Source of the DNA: Phoronis australis
Taxonomy: Eukaryota > Animalia > Phoronida
Direction: 5' to 3'
Assembly: GCA_002633005.1 (NCBI GenBank)
Contig: NMRA01000280.1
Coordinates: forward strand, 450,080-514,079
DNA: 64,000 nucleotides
Of the stretch, positions 24,917-38,000 are shown piece after piece (position 1 is the stretch's first letter; the number at the start of each line of letters is the position of its first letter). The translations under genes and the position numbers were made by a program. The notes under the pieces were generated by a model. That model worked only from the letters and a program-made list of their open reading frames with translations, did no database searches and had not been told where the DNA came from.

Positions 24917-27900
24917 CCCTCTACGAATCTTCTTGACGCTAAATATACTTTACTTTCACTTCACTCTATACACTTGGTTGCTGATCCGAAATGTGTGCCG
25001 AACGACTTGGGTTCAATCCATGACGTTGTACATAATTATTATTGTTTTCAATTTTTATGTGTTTCTTTATGAGCTGTGCACTAAAGGCACTGAAATCAAG
25101 TAAGATATAATAATAAAATTTATTTTGAGGTACTAGAGTCATGTTGCGTACACTTTAAGACAATCTATTCTGTCCAAACGGACGCACTGGGTTTGGCTGT
25201 GTTCATACGCATTCGCTAATAGCGTGCAAACACCATACGTTTCCATTGAAGCCGCAGGGAGATCCTGCTTGTTATTATACGGGACACAAGACTGAGCTGG
25301 GCAGTTAACAAAAGAGCCAGATGTTATCGCTCGTTCAGCACCCCTCACGTCTGGAAAAGTTACTGAACGACAGAACGCTGTAATGTTTTAGCAGTTCTTG
25401 TTGGTGTATGATTATACAAGAAGCAAAAGATAAATAAATGAATTCATAAGTAAATATCACCTCCCATTCCTGACAGGCTTAAAAACAATTTTTAATTCTA
25501 AGTAGCAGAAGATATATAAACACCTCAACAAAAGTTCCGGCCACGGTATCCCAGTCTTCACCCGAAACGACCGGTGCACTTGCGGCCACTGGTTCGAACC
25601 TATTTACATACATGCACGTCCCGTTTGCGTCCCTAAGAGCCCGTTCTCGAGGTGCTTTTTTCAATAGCTTATGTGTACGGTTTTTCGTCACATTCGAGTA
25701 AAAGTAAAAAAAAACTGTCCAAAGATTTCCACGTAGCCTGAAGACTCATTGCTATAACATTCAGTTTGTTCCTAGCCTTGTGTGACTGAGTATAACGTGC
25801 CTGTCTCACTGCCTGTTTATTTTATTTTCCACCAGGCATAATCGCTTACTAGAATGGAGTTTTATGATCAACATATGTCCCGAATAATAGATAAATGATA
25901 CGTGCGTCGCAAGCTCGTTACCAGAGATGAAAGGAGACCGAGGTAGGCGATATAAGGTCATTTATTACGACTAGTACAATTACAATAAAATGAATACAGG
26001 TAAATAACGTATAATAGGTAATCTCTGGTAAGATGGGCAATAAAACTGAAGCGCCACAAAAGATGTTGTAAGACAGCTCATGCCCATCCGCAGGGACACA
26101 CGAAGGGAGAGAAATGAAAAGAAAAGGGTGCAGGACTACTTACAAACGCTGTCAGCCGGATACCCAACCCTAACTCCGGGTGCCAAACCGGAGGGGGGGG
26201 GGTACGATTGCCAGGGCTGGAACACCCGACAGGTGCCGGTATTGCCTCACCCCGTGTCGTGGCGGGAAAATTAGATAAATGACTGAAAAACAAGGGAGTA
26301 AAAGCGAACATAAAGTCAACAAACGAACAGGTAAGCTAGAGCACTAAAGTACGCAAAAGGCGGGTCCATATATGCTCACATAAATATATTTAACGAGTGA
26401 AATACCACTTCACGCGAGTCCTTCCTTCTCAACTTATTTCAAAGTTATCCAGAAGCTCTCGCGACGTCTTGATTCACTAGATTTCCGCAAGAGTTGTCTG
26501 TATTGTGCGTAACCGCTCACTTGGTAATTTATTTACAAACCCAAGAGACTGGGAATGAATCGCATCTAAAGCCCGTTTCTGTATTGCATTCTGTTACTCA
26601 TCCCAAATTTTAGGTAACGACATGCCTTTATGCGCCGAGCACATGTAAAAGGAGCAACAAACTGCGAGTATTTTGCAAACCCAGAAATAAGTTTTCATAT
26701 GAATTAGGATTGAGACAAATTTTGTAGCGATTAGTGGTCTAAATCAAAAGAAAGCTCGTCGATTCACTTTTGACCTGATTGGTCAACCCGAGGAAAATTG
26801 GACTGTTCCACCAATGGCAAATGATCCTACAATGTCTTTTGAAGGTAGACCTATCGTGGCAAGAGCAACTATGAAACAAACTTGTGAGTGTAGATTTTAA
26901 ATCGTGAAAGCAAATGGAATGAGGCATTAGCATTTCAAAATGATGCCATGAAACATTGGACTGCTGTGGACTATCCATTCTGAGAATTGAACTAATGTTC
27001 TGTCTTGCAATTGCTTTCTTTCACTGAACCTGGAGTCACACAGTGTATCATTAAATAGGCTAAAACGTGATGAAAAGACTTGTTAATTTTTACTTCATAG
27101 GAAGCAATTAATTGAGAAGAAATTAAAAAAGGTGTTACCAAATGGAAGAAAAGACCATGTCTGCTTATTATCGCAGATGACGGAAACCACAGAACAGCCG
27201 ACCGATATGACTACGTAATAATACCGCTGCCCAACGACTCATTTGCCATTTTCTTAACGAACACATGTACACATTTAGCATACATTATGTCAATTTATGT
27301 CATTTTTGGTCGATTAAAGGCAGAAATATTCGAAAAACTGCGCACACTTTATACGGGACATAACGAATATCAAAATTACCCGATGTTTCTTTCGAAACAC
27401 AAACCAATTATGTTGATTTTCTCAATTTCTTAGGTTTAGGTAATAAGAGCAAAAAAACTAGATGTACGCAACATTTAGTAGCTTTTAGTTACCAGCAACT
27501 CTCTCTTAGTGTAATGGGCCCGCTTTGTGGCCTACCGCATAAGGCATCGGGCCACCTGCACCCCCCTTTTTTACTAAATTCTCTCTTACGTTTTATGGTG
27601 TTCCTTCCCTCACTTGACTGTTTGCTGAAACTTTTCATTGGGTTTCCTAACATGGCAGTGTCACATGTGTTTCCAACCAAGTTGGTTGTGATTCTCAGTT
27701 AAAGTTGCCCGGTTGTCCAGATAGCGGAAACATTTCACACCATTTTTTGTAAGGTTTCACCTTCTTATTTCCCAAAAACACTTCACTAGCCTAGTGAACA
27801 GCTAATTACTTTAATATAAGGCGTCCACTTCTTGGCCACTTTCAGGCGGGCCTTCTATATAAATATAAAGGGCCTCAATTTATGTCCGCCGCCAGGCAGG

Positions 27901-29135
27901 ACCACTGTATTAATAACGGGTAATGTTTTTTTGACCACCTTCAGATGGAACCAAGCCATACTGATGTAGTTGGTCCCACTTTTGAAGCTCGAAAATGAAT
28001 TTTTTTGCCTACCCGGTATGTCTTTTCAATAAGAATTATACCTATCCTTATTAATATGACATAAGCAAATATTCAGCCTCAGAAAAGGGGTCTCCTCCAA
28101 TATTAATATAGGGCCCTGCCCGAAGACTATTAACAGCGGAGTCACCTACATCAATATAAGAGACCCACTTTCTGGCCACTTCCATGTAGGGCCCCCTATA
28201 TAAATACTGAAAACACCACTTTTGGAGCTCTAACATGGATTTCTTGCCTAAGTCATTTTTCTTAGCAAGTCAATACTCAACTGTAGACAACTGAAAATGG
28301 ATGTCATTTACCAAGGTTTAGGTTTCACTGGTCAATGTTTTATTAACAAAGTCTAGGCAGAAGTAAGAGAGACCCTGTACTGAAATTAATTCACATTAAC
28401 AAACAACATTCAGTTAAGATAGTCAAGAACTACAACCCATACAATCTCCTCATGTATTGACAACAGCAGTGTGCCAAATACACTAGTAGAATAAAGTTAT
28501 ACAAGCCCAAATGTCGAGAACTTTGACACATATATGTATATATATACACACACGCACATACATTTGTATGTATACGTAAATAAACTCTGTTTAATAGCAG
28601 GAAGAGAGAAAAATTAATTGTTTACAAACCTTAGAGTCGACCCGCACTGAAAGACTCACAAAAAGACAAACTAATACACTTCCCCTAAATGTTTGTAACA
28701 AGTGCAAAGTGACTAAAATATGGGAAACAGGATGAAAGTGAAAATCGATTGCATCAGATAATTCAGAATAATATGAATTTTGCATGAATTTCTGTGTCCC
28801 AGACTCAAAACACTGTACGGCAGAGAATTTTTGCTAAATGTATCCCCAAGGGACAAAAAAATACATGAACAAAGACAAACCCTTATAAATGACAGAGCCA
28901 ACACAGAGCAACATCGGGTTCAAGAGACTCAGCTGAAGGATAACAACAAACAAAAGGTAATTTGCATACATGCTGAATAGCAAGATAATAACACCAAGAC
29001 TATATGACAGTCACGCCATGGCCAATGCTGTGCATATTTTCACTGAAGAATAGAGAAAGACAAGCTGTGCATTCATTGATCAGATACATATTTGGCACAA
29101 TTCCCAAATTTAAGAAAATTTCTTCATTCTGCCTT

Positions 29136-29325
29136 GGGTTCCACTATAAACCAGTGGTTATTCTGCCAAGAATGGGTTCCACTATAAACCAATGGGCACT
29201 CTGCCACGAATGGCTCCCACTATAAGCCAGTGGGTAATCTACCACGAATTTGTCCCACAACAAACCAGTGGTTACTCTGCAATGAATGGGTCCCACTATA
29301 AACCAGTGAGTACTTTGCCACAGAT
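29136..29325. repeat. About 38-bp minisatellite, about 5 copies
   Basis: Unit approximately TGGGTTCCACTATAAACCAGTGGTTACTCTGCCACGAA. Confidence 0.85.
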
Positions 29326-30644
29326 GAAAAAACTAACAAAATAGCGTCTTGGCAAGTTTTAAGTATAATGACAAAATAAATAACGAAAACTGGTGCAGTT
29401 CTACTAGTGATGTTAAGCCCGGGTTTGAGTCTGTTCTATGGCTTGCTTACTTAAAGCCTGACTTTAACTGAATTGTATTTTAGATGTATTGGGTTAACCA
29501 GATAGACATAGCAAAGCCTTAGCAAAATAAGAAAATGCCAGCTAAATAACGCAAATGTAGTCCCTTCAAATGATAAGTGAAGCTGACTTTTCTTGTCATG
29601 TTGCATCACCACGAGATTACAGCACAAACAACAAAAGGCCATAACAGTTGTATTGAGTAGGGGTCTGAACAGCACACCATTGCTTGTAGGTGTTATTGGC
29701 AGCTGTTTGAATTAAAATGTGATTCTCCACTGACATAGACAAAAGCAATCAAATACACCTAGCAGTTTGTTACATTTGGCTCAGAGCGGTGCTCTTAAAA
29801 TACTGTAGGAACCAAATTTACAGGTGTCACTGTTCAAGATAGGCTTTAAAGCACAGGCACACCAATCTCCCTATGACTCATAACAATATGTTACCAAAGT
29901 ATTACACAGTTGTAGATACGAGACGCAGATAAATTCAAGGGCCTGTGACTTAAAGCTTTAAAATAGTTTGTCACCATGGAAAACTCTCGAAAGTTAGGCA
30001 CATGTTTGAAACTCGTTGGGAACTCGTCTAAATTGCTAACCATGGCCAACAATTAAGGTGAGTTATATGGTCACTTAGTGAAAAAACAGTCAATTATAGA
30101 GTCACAAAACCACTTGAACATACAGAGACTAGGAGTTCTCTCAAAGAGCACCAAAAGCATTTACCTGAGGAACACAACTCAAACGAAATGCAAAATAACA
30201 GTTAAATTAATTTCACCAACCAAAATATACACAAATAAATACAGCATGATGTGGGCACATGACGCGTGCATGACATGATACTAAATAGCTGTCACCCACA
30301 CAGATGAAAGCCTGTTACAGGAACTTAACCACATTGATAACTTACATTTTCAAAGCAAGTTGTTCCAAATCCATAAAGGAAGCAAAACCATTATCACTGA
30401 AGTAGAACCAACTAACAGTCACCTCAAAACAAATGTTGAACAGCAGCCACTCACCAGCACACAAACCAAACGTCGCTCATGGTGCACACTCTTTGTGCTG
30501 GTAAAGGTTCTTGTGGTACATGATTACATGGCATTTGTGCCGACTGATATGGGATCCACTCATGCCTAAAGGGTTTTGTTCAGTAGAAACAGTTATATAA
30601 CCTTTAATAGGGGTTTGATTACCATTCCTGAAACTTAAATGCTA

Positions 30645-32669
30645 AACAAGAGCAACGCAGAGTGTTGAAATGCACCTACAACTGCAACGCAAACAGTGTG
30701 CTTTTGAGGGTGTTTATTAGGGTCAAAAATGGACACTAGGTGGCATAGAATACATCAAATACATCCCAAAATAGATAATGCTATCGCCATCATAACACAG
30801 ACTTATTTGCCGAATTTCACTAAAAACTGCCAACAATCTCTGAAGATACAGAGGCAAACTTAAAAACTTAAATTGCCACTAGAGGGTACAGTGTTAGTCA
30901 GAACCATCCAAAAGTCATAGGTACCGGGATTTTCCATGGATAAGCCCATGGGCGTGTACTCGGAAAATGAAAAAATTCAGACGTTTTAGTAACACCAAAT
31001 AAACTCCAGGGCGTTTATTCGAAAAGGCGGGTGTGTAAATGGAACGTCATAGGTTTCCTGACTTTGACATTTTTTACTTAAAAAATTTATGTTAATAGAT
31101 GCATAGTTTGCCCGCACTTTGTTCATTTTTATAAAAGATAAATGCTCCACAAGTTGACACTTAGAGGGCTTTTACGAGAAAAATTTCCAAATAAATGCCC
31201 CACTATCTGGACACTTGACACAAGAAGTTGTATCACCAAATAAACACCCACTTTTATTTATTCGGCACAATTTTCCGAATAGATGCCCACAGGCGTTTCA
31301 CTGGGTGGGCTTATCTACGGAAAACCCCAGTAGCCATAGCCACATTTATAGTATAACACTTGCAAAATTTTACAAGAGCCTTAAAAAGAGTAAGGAGATA
31401 CAGCTGAGGATGCCACAAGACAAAAAATTAACACCAGGAGGCATCACAGTAGTCACAGCCATACAAAAATCAACGTCATTTTATGAAGAACAAAAACTGC
31501 ACTAGGAAAAATAACAAAAAGCCATTTGGTGGTGCAACAATACATGGAACCCATATTAAAATGTAAGAGTATTGTCACCTCCTCAGTAGGAACTCATTTA
31601 CCAATTTCAAAAAATCCATCGATGAACTCCAAAACAGAGGCAAATGTAAAAAAAAACAAAGATTTCCACTAGGGTGGTAGTCGAATGGTTCTGAAACTGA
31701 TCATAATATGTTCTTAGGAACACATCTGCCACATTTCAAAAAGATCCTACAGAGAGTTACGAAGTCACAGTCGTAGATGTAATAAATGCCCCTAGGGGGC
31801 GTCAAAGTAGTTGAACACATCCAAATATCAATGTCAACCACCACTTTCTCATCAGAAACACATCAAACAATATTCACAATGATCCTTCAAATGGTATGGC
31901 AGATAGAAAGGAAGACAACAAAAATGGACTTGAAACTGTTAAAAATCCCCATAAGGAGGGCCACAATACGTAAATCTGTCCGAAAACAGAGAGGCATTGT
32001 CGTCATCTATTTGCCAATATTTCATGAGCTCGGAAGATACACAAGAAAACATAAAAAAATCATCACTAAGGGGCACACCAATCGTTATCATCTGCTTTCA
32101 GCTCTATAGGAACATATCTGCTAAAGTTCTTGCAAAGGGTTAAGGAGCTTCAGCCCTGGATGAAAAAAACAACAAAATCCCCAGTAAGACGTACCAGAGT
32201 AGTCGAATACATCCAAAAATCAATGTCAACTGTTGACTCCTCATCAGAAACACACCTGCCAATTTTCATAATGATCCTTCAAGCTTTTTGACAGATAGAA
32301 AGGCACACGCCAAAAAACGGACTTGAAAATTTTAAAAATGTCCACTAGGTGGCACAGAATCATTAAAGACGTCCAAAAATGGAAAGGTGTTCTTGTCTTG
32401 ATGACAGAAAGCTATTTGCCAAGTTTCGTGAAAATCCATCCAAGAACTATGAGGATAGAAAGGCAACCAAAAATTGCCACTAGGGGGCACAGCAGTACTT
32501 GTATCGGTCTGAAATTCATCGTCATCCGCTGTCAACTTCATAACAACACACTTGCCACATCTCATTAAGATCCTGTAAGGGGCTTAGGAGGTACAGCTGC
32601 GAATCCTGGATGCTCAGACAAAGATGACAGCAATATGCACCCACACATTAATGTGAGGGCACATGAAAA
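30645..32669. mobile_element. DINE-1/HINE-like (non-autonomous Helentron-type) element with internal ~150-bp degenerate tandem repeats
   Basis: Starts AACAAGAG and ends in a stem-loop (CACCCACACATTAATGTGAGGGCAC) plus an A tract. Recurring units contain CCACTAGG(G/T)GGC and ACACATCTGCCAAATTTCA. Confidence 0.6.
30924..31330. mobile_element. Tc1/mariner-pogo-like MITE nested in the HINE-like element
   Basis: TA|CCGGGATTTTCCATGGATAAGCCCA ... TGGGCTTATCTACGGAAAACCCCAG|TA: imperfect TIRs with a TA TSD. Confidence 0.65.
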
Positions 32670-33037
32670 TAACAAATTAAGAATTAGCCACAGTTAGCTT
32701 GGTTAGCCGAGCAATATCCGCAATATTTGAAAAACGGCCTTGCAATCTGAAATCTAGTTAGTAATCTAGCAACACATAGAATTAACTAATAAATATCCAA
32801 CCAACTTTTCCAACTAGTGTTACAAGCACAGGTGCATCTTATATGATCAACATATGCCTACCATCCTACAACTACCGTAAGTTTAAATCCCCATGCAACT
32901 CCAATTTGCAGGTCAAATTCAAATGGTAATAGAAGAACAGTGAAGTATACGTCCCCAGAAACAATTGTTAAACTTCATTTGATCCTTTGGACAAATCTGG
33001 GAAAGTTTAAATCACTTGATATTAATAATAAACCTCT

Positions 33038-34705
33038 AACAAGAGCTGCGTCAAGATTTAGAATGCTGCCACTACTGCACCACAAATAGCATGGCTCTAA
33101 AGTAGTGATTAGCATCATAAAATGGCCACTATATAGTGATGAAAACATCAAACCTGTCTTACAATTGGCATCGCCACCTACCTATTAGAAAACTATTTGC
33201 CACATTTCAACGTAAAACAATCACATTCCACTAACAAAAAGACCAGTAACTGGATCTGCCAATTTGCCGTCAATTTAAAGGGAACAGATATGTCAAATTT
33301 CACAAAGGTTCTGTACCAGTTTTAGAAGAAATTCAGAAGCAAAAATGCCACTAGGGGCACTTATTAAAGTAGTTGCACCCATCCTAAAATCAAGGCCAGT
33401 CATACTCTTGTCAGTGACAACACATACCAATTTCCATGATGATTCTCTGTGCAGATTAGCAGATACAGACAGACAACAAAAACTAGCCTTGAAAATAACA
33501 AAGAACCAATAGGTGACATCAAATCGGTCCTGGAATGAAAAAGCAATTGTGTCTCCATAATTTGCCAAATTTCATGAAAAACTGTCACGAAGCTCTGACA
33601 ATACATAGCCAAATGTAAAAACTAAAATTGTCAATAAGGGGCACAGAGGTAGACGGAACAATCGAAAAGGGATGGTTAGCCATGGTAACATGCACAGGAA
33701 AACCCTTGCCACAGTTCACAAAAGTAACATTCACAGGAAAACCCTTGCCACAGTTCACAAAAATCCTGAAAAGGATTATAGGAGATAACAGCTGCAGACG
33801 CAAAAACAAGATTATCATTAGGAGGTGCCACAGCAGTCAAACCCGTCTGAAAATCAATGTCAGCCATAGTTTTCTCAGCAGGAACATGTCTGCCAATTTT
33901 CATTATAATCTATTGAGCAACTGGGCAAATAAAGTGGTAGCCATCAAAAGACGGTACTCAAAAATAACAAAAATTGCCACTAGTTGGTGCAAACTATGTT
34001 GAATCTGTAGGAAAACAAAAAGGCACAGCAGTTGTCTCCTCAATAAAAACCTACTTGCCAAAATTAATGAAAATCCATTGATGAACTCCGAAGATTGAGA
34101 AGCATTTAGAATACAAATTTGCCACTAGGGGGCAAAGCAGTATTTGCACCAGTCCTAAACAGGTTACCATCTTTCATCATCTCCATAGCAACACACCTGT
34201 TAACTTTCACAAGGACCCCTCTTGAAGAGATTCGGCCACAGAAAATCACTACTAGGAGGCAACACAGAATGCGTAACGTTATACAAGTCAGTCGTGGTGT
34301 TCTCACCAGGAACTTATCTGCAACTTTTCATTAAAAGATCCCTTAGGTGATCTGGCAATTGGAGGTGGAACGGACTCAAAAATAACAAAAATGGCTACAA
34401 GGACACATAAAATACGTTGAATCCATCCGAAAATGGAATGGCATCACTGTCTCCTTAATATAAAGCTAAACCGTCAAGGAACTACGAAGATACGGAGGGA
34501 AAGGTAAAAACAACTAAATTAGCCACTATGCGGGCAAAGCTGTAGTCTGAAATTTGTTATCATATGTCGTCAGTGTCATAGGAACACATCTGCCAAATTT
34601 CATTAAGATCGTATGAGGGGTTTAGTAGATACAGCAGCAAACGCAGGACACCTTGACAGAGATGACAGCAATATGCAACCACATGTATATGTGGGTGCAT
34701 AAAAA
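33038..34705. mobile_element. Second DINE-1/HINE-like element of the same family
   Basis: Starts AACAAGAG, ends ATGCAACCACATGTATATGTGGGTGCATAAAAA, and has the same internal repeat unit. Confidence 0.6.
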
Positions 34706-34891
34706 GATTCAACCAGATAATAAACACATGTTGCTCAACAATGTTGTGCACAGAATTTTACCTTGCAATGAGTGTTCCTCATACAAATACCACTCAGAAC
34801 AACAACCACAAGAAAATAACAAAGGGGAGCTCTATGGGGCTTTCACATCAATTTAAAATCGTTTTCCAAACTTAACAACCAACTGCATAGA

Positions 34892-35068
34892 CTAAAACTC
34901 ATCATGGAAACTCCTCTCTACATTGACAAGTTTTGAGCCCAAGATATACTCCTTTTTATTCAGTATCTCATCAAGGTCGAGTTTGAAGTCATGGTTGACA
35001 TCACACTCGCGAAGAATCTTTTCACCTTCGTTCAATCCCTGGCTAAAATGCGTCGGATTTAAATAGTT
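34892..35068 (-). CDS. SDF4: Cab45/SDF4 terminal coding exon (not in the ORF track)
   Basis: Manual translation NYLNPTHFSQGLNEGEKILRECDVNHDFKLDLDEILNKKEYILGSKLVNVERSFHDEF*. Confidence 0.9.
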   Translation of the reverse strand, partial: NYLNPTHFSQGLNEGEKILRECDVNHDFKLDLDEILNKKEYILGSKLVNVERSFHDEF

Positions 35069-38000
35069 CTGGAATGATAAAAGGTAACAGGCTAAATCTC
35101 AAGAAAAACCACAGCTAGCGCAGTGAACTAAAAGTGCTTATGTCAGTGTATAGAGTGCACTGCTACTTGCTTAAAAAAGTTATTAACAAAAAAACAAAGC
35201 CCTCTTCAAAGACTTCGGGCTTAGCGTAATGTCAACTTGCCAAATGTGACCTGGTAATATTACTAGTCTGACAAAAAGGATGTGAGGTTACCAAATATTG
35301 TTGACAAGAGCCAAAACCGAAATAAACAAGACACTTGTTGTGAAATGACGACTTTCTGATGACCTTGGATTTTTATCAGGTCACCAAACAAATCTGACAT
35401 CCCATTAGAGGTTAGCCCGGATAAAGCCCAACTCTGCATTTCACAAACACCCACCGAAGGCTTCACCAAATAAAAAGGTGGAGGCTACAAGCCCTGCTTT
35501 TCAGCAACACCTTTCTTAGATGTTGAACTTATTGTTACCGATAATACTGAACCCCACTGATCACCTTGACCTAGTTATCACCTTGACCCAGTTACTGATC
35601 AGCTAGACAGTCCACCAAGACCCACTCACCAGCATCTCTTGTTCAGTCACCTTGCCGTTCTTATTGTCATCAATATACTTGTTGAACTCATCGGTTCGCT
35701 CCTGGACGTACTTGCGTTCTTCCTTGTCATCAATATCAATCCCTGCCGGCATCTCCACCTCCCCCGGGATATGTGAGAACTCTTCTGCAGTCAGCTCGCC
35801 ATCATTGTTCTGGTCTATAGACAAGAATCACAAATGGCAACTTGTAATTTACAGCAGTGACTTAGTATTACCATATGGTTATCATATCGTGGTTTCGTGA
35901 GATGCCAACAGAGATTTCAAAAATGCATGTGAATCATAAGTCAGTATCACTAGTAAAATAATAAATAAAGGGACAGTGGCATCGAAATTTTGCAAAACAA
36001 TATACACAAAACTGAAAGGCCTATTGCAAGACACTATGCTTTAATTTCGTTGCTCACTAAGCAAGTTCACCAGCCAGCTAGAGGAATTTTGCAAATGTTT
36101 TAATGCTTTTAGCTGTGACAATTTTCACTGAAACTGATATACTTCCAAAGTATTCTTTTTGCTTTGGTAAGTGAAACAGCGACTAACATGGCAACCATCT
36201 TCCATCCAGCATTTTTAGCAGCAGTATTCTGTTGCTCCACCTATTGTTTACTTATGCTTCTGCAGGTTACAGTGACCTGTTATCACCTGTAATACTACTT
36301 GCAGATGAGACTTGGTCAGACTCAAAAGCTTGGTAATACGAGTGGGAGTTTCCTAGCTCACCACCTCTTTTGTTCTTCTAAAGTCATTTCTCTTAGTCCA
36401 ATATGCTTTCCACCGTTTTAATGTCTTGACCAATCCCTCATTTTTAAAACACAACAGGTATAAGGTAATATTGGCTCAAGTCCTGAAATTCAAGTTCTGA
36501 ATCAAGTTTGGATAACCCATCAGCTATCTTATTGCCCAGTATGTCCAGGGGTTCAGGCAACTGTGGTGATATTGATACATTGCTGAAAAATGTGATTTCA
36601 CAATATTCTTTTTTAAAGGCTTATAACATCCTGGTTATCTGATAGGATAGCTGTAGATTTGTTTTTGACTCCCTTCTCGAGCAGTTCTGAAACTTTAGAA
36701 ATTGCAAAGATCTCTACTTGGAAAACACAATTCTATTTTCCAAGCAAGAGATTTTTCAGTTGGCGGTATATCAGTCGGTTATTCAAAACGAAAACCAAAT
36801 CATTTTGAACCATCACTACTGCTTTGATGGAGCTTACATGAAGGTTGCACATCACTAGTAAGCTATCCAGGCAAAACTGTGCGGAGTGGGTATATGCTCA
36901 AGATCAAAGGAACTGCTTAGGCCTCTGCTAGCCACAATATTCTCATTTTCCATTCTGCTGCCAATGGAAACTGCTTGTAATTCAATTGCAAATGCAACTT
37001 AAGTGTTTCAGCACAAGACAGCTGAGTGCCTGAGGCAACTTGCCTTTGGTGTGAAATGAGCTGGTACAGGTGACCATCAGAACAATTTACCCAAATTATC
37101 TAAGACAGCAACTTCCACACAATCAAGTTGAAATGTGCTAATGATGGAGATATTTCAGTCACACATGGCACATAGTCATCCACAAAATCCCTCTTCGCAT
37201 TGTCTGATTCTCGTTTGTTTTGGCCTGTGATGCACAAGATTCCACCTCGCAATGTTTGGTTCTTGTTTCCGTCGGCTTGACATGTGCAATTCTGGTTATA
37301 TTTTTGGTGAGTCACCATCACATTTAGGAAAACAAATAATTATTAAGAACCCAAATGATTTATCTTTGGTTTTTTATGATAGCTTCACTTACACGACTGG
37401 ATCACTTGTTCACTGCACTCGTGAACAGTCTCCATGTACCACTTTAAACCTTACCGAGTGAACTCATGATGTCTCTGACCATGTTCTTCATCATTGCTTC
37501 ACTTGCCTCTGGATGACGGAAGTTCAGGAACTCTCCCTCAGTAAGTTTGTCATCCCTCGGAGCTTGCTCGGCCTCTTTCCATCGGAACTTGAGACGGATC
37601 ATTTCATCCTTTTCTGAATTAATTAACAAAAATTTTGGGGGGTGATGGATGAACACAAAACTACTACACCGCCACAGCTCAGCAGCAGAAAAACTACAGA
37701 AGTTAATCACTGGGTAAGTCTGCCCGTTTCAAGAAGTTTGATGTATTACTAAAAATACAATGCTTGCCATGGGTATAACTTCATGCAACCCACGGCAACT
37801 TATGTCAATCTTTTAAAAACATACCTCACATACACTACATACACAATAATGGGAACAGAACAACATTCTATCCTTGAATGAAATCTACCAGGAGTCTCAC
37901 ACTGTTCTTAATCTTGCCACTGCACAACACGCTTGTCTATATTAGCTAGCTACGGCAATAGTCTGATATAACGTGCCCGTATTTTGAGAACCAGTTTGAT

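Noticed and set aside
31840-32260. Hammerhead ribozyme cores (CTGATGAG on the minus strand)
   Set aside because: No properly spaced GAAA or stems seen; these are parts of the HINE repeat unit.
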